64,000 nucleotides of DNA, from the NCBI GenBank assembly GCA_017625505.1, contig JAGAKV010000002.1, forward strand, positions 3,287 to 67,286, in the 5' to 3' direction. The translations under genes and the position numbers were made by a program. The notes under the pieces were generated by a model, which made no database searches, was not told the origin of the DNA, and saw only the letters and a program-made list of their open reading frames with translations. This DNA is from Clostridia bacterium. Lineage in GTDB: Bacteria; Bacillota; Clostridia; Christensenellales; UBA1242. Positions 20,701-26,226 of the stretch are shown here, piece by piece (within the stretch, counting starts at the first letter, position 1; the number at the start of each line of letters is the position of its first letter).

Positions 20701-22333
20701 AGTTGAAAATGATGTGCACAGCAGGTATGTTTACGTAAATGATCTTAATTATCAAGCGATTTCTATGGAAGACTTTAAGGCTACGGTGCAAGGTACCTTA
20801 AAAGAAGAAACGTATGTAGAAACAAAAGATTCAACGGCAGAATTGGTGGATATTATAGGCGTTACTTTATATCCTTCAGAGTTTAGTTATGTTGCTGAAG
20901 AGCAGATTGAAACTATTATGCTAAGCAATGCGGCTGTTGCAATGACTGTCAATAATCTTGCATATACAGATGTAGAATATAAAATAGAATCACAACTAGA
21001 TAAAAAGGGATATGAATATGCTCTAGATAATGCAAGTGCTAAAGCTACAATTACGATCTATGCGAAGTCATTTGATAACTTGGCTAAAGAAAGCTTTGTT
21101 ATTATTGGATCGAACACAATATCAATGCCTCAAAAAGTAGATGAAGATTGGATTCTTACGAAATCCAATACAATAGAAATAAATCCTATAATATTTAACT
21201 GCGATGTTTCATTAGGTTTTGTTGAAAACTCTGCGGAGCTTAGTGTTGATATTATAGGAAATGGATATAATCTCATTTATAATGGAAAATCGCTCTATTC
21301 AAAAACGACACAGAAAATCAATGGACTAAACATCTTGGCGGAAGTTGAAGTTTCGTCAGGCAATCATTCATATTTATTCCAGGATGGTATAGATGGTGGC
21401 TCCTTAAGTGATATTAATATGTACGGCACAATCAATATTTCAACAAGCGCGATTACTGGTGATATTGAAAATATTTTGATCAACAACGCTTCCGGGGAGG
21501 TTGAAAACGTTGCTACATATGTTGGTATTGATTCAAGTTACTATAACGGATCACTAACACTTGCAAAACAACAAAATATCACAAGAAAAGAGGAAGTGTA
21601 TGTTGCTGCCGATGGGCGTGATAGATTCTTATATCGTAAAGAAAACAATCTTTACAGCACTGATAATAATCTTGGTACGCAAAGTTCAGAATGCTTTAAA
21701 ATTTATTATACAGGTGGTGATCTTGTTAATCAAGATGCCAAAGGTAACGATGGCGAAAACAAAGCATACGCAAATTATAACCTTAAAAAGAAAGACTTTA
21801 CAATGTGTGAGACGGATAATGGTTATAAGTATTCGCTTGACATCTACGTTTCTTCTCGCCTAGCATTTACAAAATCTACTAGTTCTGGTGTAAATGAATA
21901 TGGCTATACTAATGGCTATTGCCGGGATACTTATTTTGCCGGCAAACAACTTCTCAGTGCAGATTCTATAAAAGATGGTGTAATTGAAAAAGTTTCTTCG
22001 CCATTTACAGACTGGGAAACAAGTGGAAGATTGAATAAAAAATACACAGATTTATCACAGGACAGTAATCTTATATTTGGTGTCAAGGGAGAAGACAACA
22101 ACAAAAAGATTATTCTAGATGATCAAGGGGTTTCATATGATGAGTGGTGGATTTGGAACAAACCACATGGAATGGCAAATAACAATAATTTTAGTAATGC
22201 ATTACTTACAGGCATTGATAATGCGGGCACTGTAAACGCTGCTCCAACAGGAATTGCTTTGTGTCCAGCGGATCCAGAGTTAGAGTACCAACAAATGACA
22301 AACTTAAGCTTTATTGCACGCTATGGCAAGTAG
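2792..22333 (+). CDS. giant surface lipoprotein (6,513 aa) with reiterated GLUG-type beta-helix modules
   Basis: Uninterrupted 19,542-nt ORF with SD cgaGGAGGaatt-ATG. Lipoprotein signal MKKLFVGLLSIFMVLGASILSA|C, with Cys23 at 2858-2860. Many GGLVG/GGIVG/GGLAG turns followed by N/C-rich rungs, for example VGGLVGSNTGKIENC. No LPXTG or other C-terminal anchor. TAG stop. Confidence 0.9.
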   Translation: MKKLFVGLLSIFMVLGASILSACGQQTPQLQIYYNEQAVSGSIPLELDSSDPEGGYILLSAELTGVSGGEITASAVGGYESVIKVEEERSNGQRKFFKVTGLSETDNGPAAIVFRGSPGDVSQYVYVDVFSYVSAMTQKEDETENQFLVLGEKYLIDEKGIHSESGINDITDGQLIKFSPSQKSRRALKWQIQKKKAGGGFELVDVTEFVPDESVIEEAADGKQYVLLQATDTLGAQNATTTVRIEVLNTIASEVELGWNYDPASEVFDDMDADGNELGVKDNSHKLISNIWKNEPKYIGYAWVGYAGTELEITPNVYKKIVENGAVRYVRLAVTEAEKLVQKDQSLWLENNLVILKVGSTANYTIYSIKSATSENVSDYQISFNVGHVSYNYAGKTKNIYIDVMEKVNQVSVSTKGYLEIFGTPALGEAPNVIVDVYDNYATIEGVSRRGNGQLFNVSLSPNVLDGSNRYTISYDATNVVLDGGITEDGSTPIKLFYRAPNGNVVELEVVNEASLWYVGTRNADGGIVATEISAGGGIYIQASDKLRYQTTEKLTITFTSVDNENAATTFGLKLKKSASQDDFSAMTELQLEFDEASNDYKLVTYGLDPDGNPVYAEVDAALTGNLVIDSSAEGKVYRKAFKLSGQSNISDIKQINGIENVVVNNWKVLEFSNEVNNEYVIFSFDVILKPSAYGKTLKEFYSIDHANGSSTAFIDNATPPALRERFTFEIVLPFTDINIYPDMGENLSNSITSAKYSQTTNDIEYLMLKNNTVTPIIFSMKAINGNLPKIDYASVKYLSFEQYQAFEGAEKTIQDFMNLYYSSQVRDLESLTLHDAISDNLSSLKFDVDLVGTKGAILTKGVGYAYVIVSFGGQDEHGEERIKTKVILVESYNAPERMSVSRDADREVEVYAIDSVSSEHEQLTYKNIQIDFDNPNTTYCDVENINIRSIGNSLDAKYRIDSVQVGSSGLSFKITGLTTDGSNEITDSIVVEYIIKKAVDENKDGIIDQDEYGSDLYETVYKFEIALAITVKNAQRIESVKWTNADAEGLYYQIGSDERDAYSRYIILETAPTNAQNSSMHVVMTDNIGNPGLQFVTTNDRIAENTIAVNLDSDVKEGQTGYLYILPADAVFNGNLKYYYQSAKVSGTKIPFDSDVFSSTGEEVDVNVVNIKISEIALYYQELMTYGYFKSNNIEGAKNVAYKDVILKIKVEVADGSKEHPFRVFNETQFNAIQDNLHYVVMNDIILTEERYPFATFSGGLQGVTQNVTIKLNGYNFAGILEGSIENITFIGNVEGNGFVVDENKGTLSNVLVDTNGNMASVLTASGVAGGLAGQNSGTISGCGVLGLTISGSANVVGGLVGSNTGKIENCRVEFYNLQVDANTYAPNTISGTSVGALVGQMTDGSIYRAFAYDYTLSMANKTNRVLIGTNVDPLVETHTAGRVGYVFSVVGLSQTNVNNNLLLDYYLGYYSGEVYTLTKKGSNFITSAMEGFDGEINEGQPYFQDFHQEKAISAATIDGLQIKTTKENGYYKSIQTDILEGDIIDDNKGILFFYQTAVDKTDLSAAEQEDLVKLNTISISDLLGIGGDASGIIVISSDERIVKTKGSSIELCTTGNVDLTISSKYDVSLNKKINIKVVLAITNILISRVDENGQNIMVDENKHINIQKTKAIDVTAYQAKDYVNLGNLARKINLVTSEFAFESTSVAQDGNDDNKIKSTKNGNIIRLEAGENSVNSRIEVYPQMFTSEDDKIYQDAIYNEFKRSFIAKATEGLISFKLSGEQIPLTPSTVSEIKAKIETTALNDTVYPVIRLDGQTKPMERKLESDKYVYYNSLGQKVLSVSRQLVSSTDSKPYVYEYKLIFEVHSEYKNKVADDMRFIVYLMSASGSSSMSWGGSFTIILSRQTFTNIDVANMKIDSMIIDDGREIYTVKKYTSTLAPGNSSILKVNVNPEYAYYDYAEISYSGANVANAVNIEAVSAYAGGKYASLDAGTGTTERVGTKLRFIPAVNSETKDNLYFKIWINTTVDSDTTLMFTIAFYRNGQAEALDYVNYYLDVTYLVEPQVTINGQSIAYIAKGSTSQVKIEVLEDQKLETLTLSGDVNIQGVSLSSVSKPEFDPIRKVNVYTATLTCGVNASTANRNKFYIQATVSREMDGEKESKSTIATAVIVDFKVDEIAIEGANDGQFTVWQNVSKNFNVEYNLLPESYKITSDQTIVNQLIENKEFFKTYHYFPERVDVNNDYQAEYYINYVKKDGAWEHLDITDRLYVVTPQNNLPYDDATLTLPFTITKSASGSIQFKGTQANATPVEMILYTYLIAGGIQTTIETRFTVVVKTYSDPDLPLPIKTAEDFLKLDPSKENMAETIEPHDYILENDIVLENYIPFNTSLIRSLDGNGYTIYIKSFDLETPSALNLALFTEVTSVAATSTAEATDTTLKNLRVNYYNGGQLVIDISRHKEVNIAGIAITNSGVITNCEVVSFYGEQLAGESIAQVYDGNQPQPSRLHSAVTGFNVSYRDGANTSQEAPLAFNSDWSSNIAGFVLNNAGSITNSRVGGDEVYLITSASSTTGEKNVDIQELDNFSIVGQGNIAGFVLNNSGAISSSFAKNIGIKNNSASTSFFSAGFVGQNSSNAKIITSYIEGVKSFGAGASGKKYNYANTGSSLHSNMGAVAGFIYQNQGQIKDSYSNILISNSTDLAKVYLASGFVYENEGYLENCYSASQVANANYSQMNFSGVDQNGDLRTVGNYTNCYFFNVDLYVEEAQEVVDTSTETQYNTGALLIRNPSIASSFYGFAIAETGDTHKDGIWVIDETYGIKLVEPDYISVSHRYKNYIASADGETPSLSEDIVDENGNLVTLKYILPYATLVVGNTKKIDTSLGGSNNPIIIADAQDWQDISGASKSSVISEHLQNNNISGVYRLVRDIDLSLLKQDLLSTSKTFSGALYGNGFTISGISISQSNEDVLDSDVTSIGLFAKIVKKSSSSLESSKSPALVSNVNIEIVQVTAGNVSAVGGLAGVAKDASLINIDVAFADDSIVEGLHYAGGLVGFAYGNNKLKNIVVTNPNVLADTRTEDEGGRYYIESAQQLSSLRTQTATDINKTLKTAGYSYAGGVAGFVDNYTDQNNKGFENELNQTIKYEINNIKVEGNVNVKGQVVGGLFGIAGYGTNINDAGLIINADAEASSKIASTRYFAGGIVGQSFGRLSRVYAGHENSVQEAIEDEMADFYAGDTSAQRGVLDLFDTSKTDSKNHQIAVGGLIGYAGSGLLEISYSKVNVTALSAKYAGGIVGFMDVAKVQTPYAVAPEALYTSSSSSDAQKETTKYFINEVFATGDVRANEMAGGLIGAIKGKNSDIKLLAVNALNYITLYNYQTETYEEPVAGRCEISSALKINSFVGKFLYEDSYGFEREEAFVERRYEKSANNNQTAVLLQSGADSLDGYISFLLGRENYGSIGEEGAGGVERLATVGRYNYYSFDGNKVYLKRFGENLLISNQEYLLEQENKIDFETGMGANELNIYSIASPDQYTSSTVGRTYTQMGFINSGVWSYANWYHPLDDLFPSVKLQEIYNVVYLDVYNAAEIFEKMSNSDMVVIVRGLKTATSDVSQLESYSDIKIYKNEDGSFYVLQADGVHATSSQSHHFNAIRGFSGKIIGGRYPQGATSKVKIVSHAGNFIDSVAEGFAVSDQTFRYEKVKTLKAGSSSPDEVEYIAVKNSLFVDGSIAGADISNLTLEIASQVVTTAESDGGNYGLVATSIQSTNIDTLSIVDVWSYGEDKALFRVQTGVDSLSSTTNVGLVAGQLIQNSEEKLMIVRNLAVSKTYFNSGAMPLIDVDTGTNGKAVADLNVGGYFGLITKAAEAGRSIEELRVYAASYAANRKAQFILQSATVNNVLNVGGFAGTITDVDSLTVQTDLTMSSDIEYKLPETVKDLRIGNLVATLANGAALRVDGGSATIKSSLAFKEGSTNDANVDNAYIGGLVGHHSGAPLTLTNFTNVTFDVQNLICAREAVLGGLVGYTNAQLDISSNEAVEISGNVNVSCEETAGEIVVGSVVGKTDATVALDGANTSKSLSIVGDITSTLNANITAKNATFGGIVGQIKSANAEGGAETGPKSGIIAQIGDGGRVLSYNGSVTSQNAQSVKFGGIVGEFDAKGDGEDNTVELAINKTSFGGHFTIKNSQAATITVGGTIGSVCSDNAIANIQLFRGYNYGNVYVEYDATLISLAEYNFGGIIGEVGAAKYTISENYSAVSSHNSRYLSSSNRAHALFGYGDPTVNVGGFKTTNFYSHAVCLLTDDNGTDIGYKTSYSDERLGYDRTESLSDENDIISAILAGTGKTLEQLGADTAGHKLNPKELKNTTSVADLGKTDTETDHVFEKLTYYVLKENITISNKTFKLTDAAVVGDGFKVNFENTSAAIPALFTDATGYAYISSLIEEVSVKFDDSQNVQVAGLAVRFGGNTQIYAVNAYGNMDVHSSTKNVFVSGLGQDIAGKVADSSTDIDMIGRMANNACTQAHEHNSAWYDFSQLTGFVDTSYPSEANGYAMSYIENCFALGSVQTLAGNKIWPFVQPNSKGDYKTKTQNCYSATRIDYRNYLDLADAAVVSEYSGASAANVYFNSSVDNAGVMFDLDSLNLAVSNSAIQTFNYKDINSIFIDATRSEDKKVWIRDMNFNYYYPTLKYQYLKMSSYSTQSEPILDCGHETCDQSTYDCYVKNYTYTRVPNGLTLNTENLSKGFYMITHAGALAERLAEAKDGHNGWQQNYAIKYDMDLSIYDVDSDATTTRVSPLKDITFTGKLDGQGKTIRGLTHNLFAAVGSDETSTDTCYVRNLRLTGANVVNVDGILAKTITKAEVSNMTIGGLMTIDSTYADAYVGALAGISYSAEINTTTSTTQIKVEDCQHGIDVGGIVGKAETSTNIRYCSNYGPISVTHSVANQQSTVGGVVGAINYSNVYNSYNAASVLNNYKGSVVGTFFTGGIAGHADVDNAEGETNNCTIDGCYNSGMIKSGHKGNKISGTTTDADGNTIDTNIFANNTDLNRGSHAGGILAFQGDSGDVAISNCYNEGTVEALAENGTFEVVYEEPYVKINQTSSQNVVAYAIGPGANNTCIAKIEENADGRTSVLANGAATAKDTAVYRMTYDANTWVPEYNYNNLYYATAWARSGKNHYVGAQIRYYRIAEPVRQENGVTTHSFSIVDKENTRNFLNLPLNVVYTADYRLGVMMYADQARKLKNINPDRLLSLYNYSSGSVIVCFVGAKGDFTERFSMPVNALDGLSSYNGTLNQYDNILANYIHLAKPTSDESIQIKNKEFGLQGELSNGTKTAEEIKQETKTRKSETNETLKVGGTKFYLASNNNLDIFQAGLNKNNFTVTIKKQENVSYQVSSVKTRDTNKNLHFGNIGEWIDDGANQTTTLDVYFAESDISQAITVQVAAEYRNNVEIDVSNLSFYTTDYGIGLGITDEQWKTAITTLNRVDIQDANDNTYNAYEITAASHSLSTGDALYLVYDYQFDDFVYIPNAKSVENGTKVNTISLADLNGLSWKVTLNSQINTEVMKFTNGMSYSASLNVEPATIIQYQETIIGTNKILPNNLAGNVLALNGDTVVAGSSNGGETWYGAEKVELVNIANGQEIQLVEPVHSVSSDITSTASGTYGFAINQSLVEFFDDAEKTLTKDGVKIENVEYSLNGNIVTISGLEPNEQYSLNYTYPQIYRKVATVDQNNVISWETDYSDSPDNILRIVDAEGTELARRTEGIWDNNVEVSIRYRANDATRYIQEQSATWNTTYEKEYSVSDYTITVSYRATESSVVKTYRNEESGVEININYSTTVDYDTIVGYEIIKEHLPDELNYIGVFTLQIGDRLIEHNAFVETSEYQQQLNEGEEVSIEENAELRFTAYQTHRFEKEFDQYSVSLYSSATNEWYGYDYVKDNNAENGYTEQYYKYAVERHDYGEDGTEDLISTTDLNGNGDWCVVENDVHSRYVYVNDLNYQAISMEDFKATVQGTLKEETYVETKDSTAELVDIIGVTLYPSEFSYVAEEQIETIMLSNAAVAMTVNNLAYTDVEYKIESQLDKKGYEYALDNASAKATITIYAKSFDNLAKESFVIIGSNTISMPQKVDEDWILTKSNTIEINPIIFNCDVSLGFVENSAELSVDIIGNGYNLIYNGKSLYSKTTQKINGLNILAEVEVSSGNHSYLFQDGIDGGSLSDINMYGTINISTSAITGDIENILINNASGEVENVATYVGIDSSYYNGSLTLAKQQNITRKEEVYVAADGRDRFLYRKENNLYSTDNNLGTQSSECFKIYYTGGDLVNQDAKGNDGENKAYANYNLKKKDFTMCETDNGYKYSLDIYVSSRLAFTKSTSSGVNEYGYTNGYCRDTYFAGKQLLSADSIKDGVIEKVSSPFTDWETSGRLNKKYTDLSQDSNLIFGVKGEDNNKKIILDDQGVSYDEWWIWNKPHGMANNNNFSNALLTGIDNAGTVNAAPTGIALCPADPELEYQQMTNLSFIARYGK

Positions 22334-22377
22334 AATACAATAAACACGATTTTAAATAAAAAACTTAGGAGGAAGCT

Positions 22378-23169
22378 ATGAGCAAGAAAATAGAAAAGGA
22401 TGAAGCGCATTTTGAAAAACACATGCATGACGGGCATAGAGGAAGATTGCTTGCGACTGTAAACGAAACAGGACTATTTTATTTAAGTCAAGTGCAGATT
22501 CTTGAATTCATCCTATTCTATATTTTCCCAAGAGGGGATGTAAATCCCATCGCTCATCGCCTCCTTGCTAAGTTTAATTGTATTTCGGCTGTTATGGAAG
22601 CGCCATTTGAAGCCTTGGTCAAAGTAAAAGGCATGGGTGAAGCTTCTGCCAAGAAGTTGCAGTCACTTCTCAGTATTTTTGACATTTACAATATTGATAA
22701 AATCAATAGTAGTGCAAGTGTTGCAAATTTTGGCATCTTTCTTGACAACATTGAAATGCTTCTTCGCAATAAAAATGAAGAGTGTTGTTATATCTTTGCT
22801 GTCATGCCAAACGGCAATATCAACTATGGCCGCCTTTTTAGCAAGGGCGATGCTGGCAAGGTTGATTTCGAGGTTACTGAAATCAGCAGTTACATTTCGA
22901 CGTACAAAGTGAAATCATTGATTTTTGTACATAACCATCCGGGCGGATCATGTTTTCCATCACTTCATGATATGGAAACAAACGAACGGCTTAAACACTT
23001 CTTAAAATTTTGCGGCGTACATTTATATGATTCGATTATTATCGGAAAGAATGGAATATTTAGTTGTGAAACAAATTCCATTAGAAGAGAGTTTGGGCGC
23101 AAACCATGTAAATTAGACAACCTAACAGACTACCAAAAAGTGATGCTGCAAACGACAGAAGAAGAATAA
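22378..23169 (+). CDS. radC: RadC-family JAB/MPN domain protein
   Basis: 263 aa. N-terminal HDGHRGRL, HhH-like segment VKGMGEASAKKLQSLL, and JAMM motif HNHPGGSCFPSLHDMETN. SD ttAGGAGGaagct-ATG lies 44 nt after the giant ORF stop, with no terminator between. Confidence 0.85.
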   Translation: MSKKIEKDEAHFEKHMHDGHRGRLLATVNETGLFYLSQVQILEFILFYIFPRGDVNPIAHRLLAKFNCISAVMEAPFEALVKVKGMGEASAKKLQSLLSIFDIYNIDKINSSASVANFGIFLDNIEMLLRNKNEECCYIFAVMPNGNINYGRLFSKGDAGKVDFEVTEISSYISTYKVKSLIFVHNHPGGSCFPSLHDMETNERLKHFLKFCGVHLYDSIIIGKNGIFSCETNSIRREFGRKPCKLDNLTDYQKVMLQTTEEE

Positions 23170-23461
23170 TCCAAAGGCGGGGGGATGCTTTCCTCTCGCT
23201 TTTTTGTCTGCCTTCATTTTCAAGAATTTCATTGCCAAACGGAAGAATGCACAAACAAAAGACATCTTCTTCGTCATACTTTATGGAGATATACTCTTGT
23301 CTTTCGAGGTATATGAGGATATGATTCAGTCCGTCATTATCAACACGATATTTAATGGGCATGGCAGAAATTATGTCCTTGGCTTCAACTAAATGATATG
23401 CGCCATTAGGACATTCTTTTTGCAATATTTTCAAGACAATTTTCGACTTAATATCAAGCAT
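23081..23461 (-). CDS. small winged-helix-like protein with C-terminal transmembrane anchor
   Basis: 126 aa. The N-terminal ~80 aa fits a wHTH-like pattern (KIVLKILQKEC...LNHILIYLERQEYISIKYDEE...). A basic linker is followed by the TM segment LWIILLLSFAASLFGSLLGCLIYMV. Paralog of 23645-24004. Overlaps the radC 3' end by 89 nt. Confidence 0.6.
   Translation of the reverse strand: MLDIKSKIVLKILQKECPNGAYHLVEAKDIISAMPIKYRVDNDGLNHILIYLERQEYISIKYDEEDVFCLCILPFGNEILENEGRQKSERKASPRLWIILLLSFAASLFGSLLGCLIYMVCAQTLF
23177..23205 (+). terminator. candidate rho-independent terminator after radC
   Basis: Arm gcgggggga (23177-85), loop tgctt, arm tcctctcgc (23191-99). The stem is 9 bp with two G-U pairs and is followed by T6 (23200-05). 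It lies inside the 3' coding part of the convergent gene 23081-23461. Confidence 0.45.
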
Positions 23462-23644
23462 GTATCAATTTTTGCCTTGTTGTTGTTATTTAATACACGA
23501 GAAAGAAAGATTGGGTTTGAATAGGCTTTGGTTGAAACAAACTCAATATATTTGGACGTAAACAAGAAAAGAAGAGAGGAGTAAATGCAAACAGCCACTT
23601 GCGAGATGTATTTTTTGACTGAAATTTGTCAATAACAAGGTAAA

Positions 23645-24004
23645 ATGCAGGAGAGAAAAGAGAGACTTGTTTTAAGGTGTTTGTGTGAGGTGTGTGATGG
23701 GAAGAAAACACATCTTATTTCTCCGCACGATATTGCAAAATCGGTAAGCAGGAAGATTGTTTTGTCGGTAAGTGAAATTGATGAAATCATGACCAGTTTA
23801 AGCCTGCAAAACTACATTGATTTTGTGGTGTCGGATAGCAAGAATGGATACTTTTATTGTGTTAAATTAAAGAAAAAAGGACAGACATACTTGGCGGACT
23901 CAAAAAGGCAAAAAAAGACTTTGGGTTTGCTGGTCTTACGCAGCATTTTTCTTGCATCAGTCAGTTTTGTGTTTGGTCTTATTTTAAGAGCAATTTTTAA
24001 GTAA
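23645..24004 (+). CDS. small winged-helix-like protein with C-terminal transmembrane anchor (paralog)
   Basis: 119 aa. Aligns from residue 1 with the divergent neighbour (RLVLRCLCEVC...IDEIMTSLSLQNYIDFVVSD...). C-terminal TM GLLVLRSIFLASVSFVFGLILRAIF. Weak SD cAAGGtaaa-ATG. Confidence 0.6.
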   Translation: MQERKERLVLRCLCEVCDGKKTHLISPHDIAKSVSRKIVLSVSEIDEIMTSLSLQNYIDFVVSDSKNGYFYCVKLKKKGQTYLADSKRQKKTLGLLVLRSIFLASVSFVFGLILRAIFK

Positions 24005-24117
24005 GTACATGTTCGGTATTCCCTGTTTTACAAGTAAAAATGGAAACGCAGCGGTAATATTTTGGAAGTCACTTATTAGTAGTAGCCTATAAAAGAAAAA
24101 TATCTGGTGATAAACTC

Positions 24118-24146
24118 TTTATTTTATTCTTCAAATGTTGTATAAT
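24118..24146 (+). promoter_or_regulatory. candidate uvrB promoter with leaderless geometry
   Basis: TATAAT at 24141-24146, then 6 nt (gattac), then ATG at 24153. The -35 is weak (tttatt, 24118-23, 17-nt spacer). Confidence 0.4.
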
Positions 24147-24152
24147 GATTAC

Positions 24153-26135
24153 ATGGAAAAAGAAATGGATTTTAAGCTAGTTTCAAAATATGCTCCATCT
24201 GGGGACCAGCCGAAAGCGATTGACAGTCTTGTTGAAGGTTTTTCAGATGGACTGAAAGAACAGGTTTTGCTTGGCGTGACAGGAAGCGGCAAGACTTTTA
24301 CCATGGCAAACATCATTGCAAAAATGAATAAGCCAACGCTTGTGATTGCGCACAACAAAACACTTGCAGCGCAGCTTTGCAACGAGTTTCGTGAGTTTTT
24401 CCCACATAACGCAGTGGAGTATTTTGTTTCATACTACGATTATTATCAACCAGAGGCGTATATTGCGTCATCTGACACCTATATTGAAAAGGATATGTCA
24501 GTCAACGAGGAAATTGACAAACTGCGCTCAAGCGCCACATCGTCAATTTTAGAGCGTAAGGATGTAATCATCGTTGCATCTGTCTCTTGCATTTATGGTT
24601 TGGGAAATCCGGAGGAATACTACAACTTGCATTTGGCGCTTCGCGAAGGAGACGTGATCGACCGTGACGAGGTTATCTCTCGACTTATTGATATTCAGTA
24701 TACGAGAAATGATATTGATTTTAAGCGATCGACATTTAGAGTCAAGGGGGATACGCTCGACATTTTTCCGGCCAATCAATCAGAGCTTGCAATCAGGGTT
24801 CAATTTTTCGGCGACGAGATTGAAAAAATATACAACTTTGAGCCCCTTTCTGGAAACTTGATTAATGAGCTTAAAATGGTTGCAATCTATCCAGCCACTC
24901 ATTATGCCGTGGGACAAGATCGCATGCAAAAAGCGCTTAATGAAATTGAAAGAGATCGACTTATTGCAATTGATGAATTTGAAAACAATGGCAAGCTTAT
25001 CGAGGCAGAGCGCATTGGACAGCGCGTAGCCTATGATATGGAAATGATGAGAGAGGTTGGTTATTGCAGTGGGATTGAAAATTATTCTCGTTATTTTGAT
25101 GGACGCAGGCCGGGGGAGGCCCCTTATACCCTGATCGATTATTTTCCAAAAGACTTTCTTACAATCATTGACGAAAGTCATATGACTCTGCCTCAAGTGC
25201 GTGCAATGTACAACGGAGACAAGGCAAGAAAACAGTCTCTTGTTGAGTTTGGATTTAGGCTGGAAGCGGCAAAAGATAATAGGCCACTTACCTTTGACGA
25301 ATTTTCATCAAAACTTAAACAAACGCTTTATGTGTCTGCAACGCCCGCGCCATACGAACTTTCAAAGGCCGGTCAGGTTGTGCAGCAGGTTATACGCCCA
25401 ACAGGGCTTCTTGATCCGGTTATTGAGGTGAAGCCAATCACAAATCAGATCGAACAACTGATGCTCGAAATAGAAAAAACAATAAAAAATGGTGCGCGCG
25501 TTCTTGTCACAACTCTGACTAAAAAAATGGCAGAAAGCCTTACAACATATCTGCAAGAGCACAATTTTAAAACAAAGTATATGCACTCAGAAATAGACAC
25601 AATGGAGCGTGTTGAAATTGTCAATGGCCTTCGCGGGGGAGAGTTTGATGTGCTTGTTGGAATCAATCTTTTAAGAGAGGGGCTTGATATGCCAGAAGTA
25701 GAACTGGTTGCGATTCTTGATGCGGACAAAGAGGGCTTTTTGCGTAGTGAAGGGGCTCTTATTCAGACAATTGGACGCGCCGCACGTAATTCAAATGGCA
25801 GGGTAATCATGTTTGCCGATACAATGACAGATTCTATGAAACGGGCAATAGAAACCACCGCAAACCGCAGAAAGCTTCAAGAAGAGTACAATCAAAAGCA
25901 TGGAATTGTGCCAAAGACTATCATTAAAGAAATTAAAAATACCCTTGAAATCACTAAGAAATTAAGCGACGGAAAACTCAAGAAAGAAGAGATTCCTGCT
26001 GAGATTGAAAAACTCACCGCAATGATGAAGGTTGCCTCTGCAAATCTTGACTTTGAACGTGCAATAGAGCTTCGAAATCAAATTCAAAAACTGCGTAAGC
26101 GACTGGAAAAAGCGTCAATTAAAGGTAAAAAATAG
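24153..26135 (+). CDS. uvrB: excinuclease ABC subunit B
   Basis: [23 protein letters not shown]...[10 protein letters not shown] (Walker A), DESH box and a C-terminal UVR coiled coil ([16 protein letters not shown]). Start moved from the track's 24135, which overlaps the -10, to the in-frame ATG at 24153. ATG 24165 is an alternative. Confidence 0.93.
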   Translation: MEKEMDFKLVSKYAPSGDQPKAIDSLVEGFSDGLKEQVLLGVTGSGKTFTMANIIAKMNKPTLVIAHNKTLAAQLCNEFREFFPHNAVEYFVSYYDYYQPEAYIASSDTYIEKDMSVNEEIDKLRSSATSSILERKDVIIVASVSCIYGLGNPEEYYNLHLALREGDVIDRDEVISRLIDIQYTRNDIDFKRSTFRVKGDTLDIFPANQSELAIRVQFFGDEIEKIYNFEPLSGNLINELKMVAIYPATHYAVGQDRMQKALNEIERDRLIAIDEFENNGKLIEAERIGQRVAYDMEMMREVGYCSGIENYSRYFDGRRPGEAPYTLIDYFPKDFLTIIDESHMTLPQVRAMYNGDKARKQSLVEFGFRLEAAKDNRPLTFDEFSSKLKQTLYVSATPAPYELSKAGQVVQQVIRPTGLLDPVIEVKPITNQIEQLMLEIEKTIKNGARVLVTTLTKKMAESLTTYLQEHNFKTKYMHSEIDTMERVEIVNGLRGGEFDVLVGINLLREGLDMPEVELVAILDADKEGFLRSEGALIQTIGRAARNSNGRVIMFADTMTDSMKRAIETTANRRKLQEEYNQKHGIVPKTIIKEIKNTLEITKKLSDGKLKKEEIPAEIEKLTAMMKVASANLDFERAIELRNQIQKLRKRLEKASIKGKK

Positions 26136-26154
26136 AACAATTAGCTCATGACGC

Positions 26155-26184
26155 TTGACTTGCGTAGACTTGAAATGATATACT
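26155..26184 (+). promoter_or_regulatory. candidate promoter of the LRR gene
   Basis: TTGACT (26155-60), 18-nt spacer, TATACT (26179-84). Confidence 0.45.
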
Positions 26185-26226
26185 AAAATTAGTTAATGCT
26201 ATAAATCCTAAGATTGGAGGGTTGAT

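Noticed and set aside
24011-24015. Possible LexA (Cheo) box upstream of uvrB, with a similar search upstream of uvrA.
   Set aside because: Only an isolated GTTCG half-site is present. The required CGAAC half-site 4 nt upstream is absent (the sequence there is taagt), and nothing similar lies upstream of uvrA.
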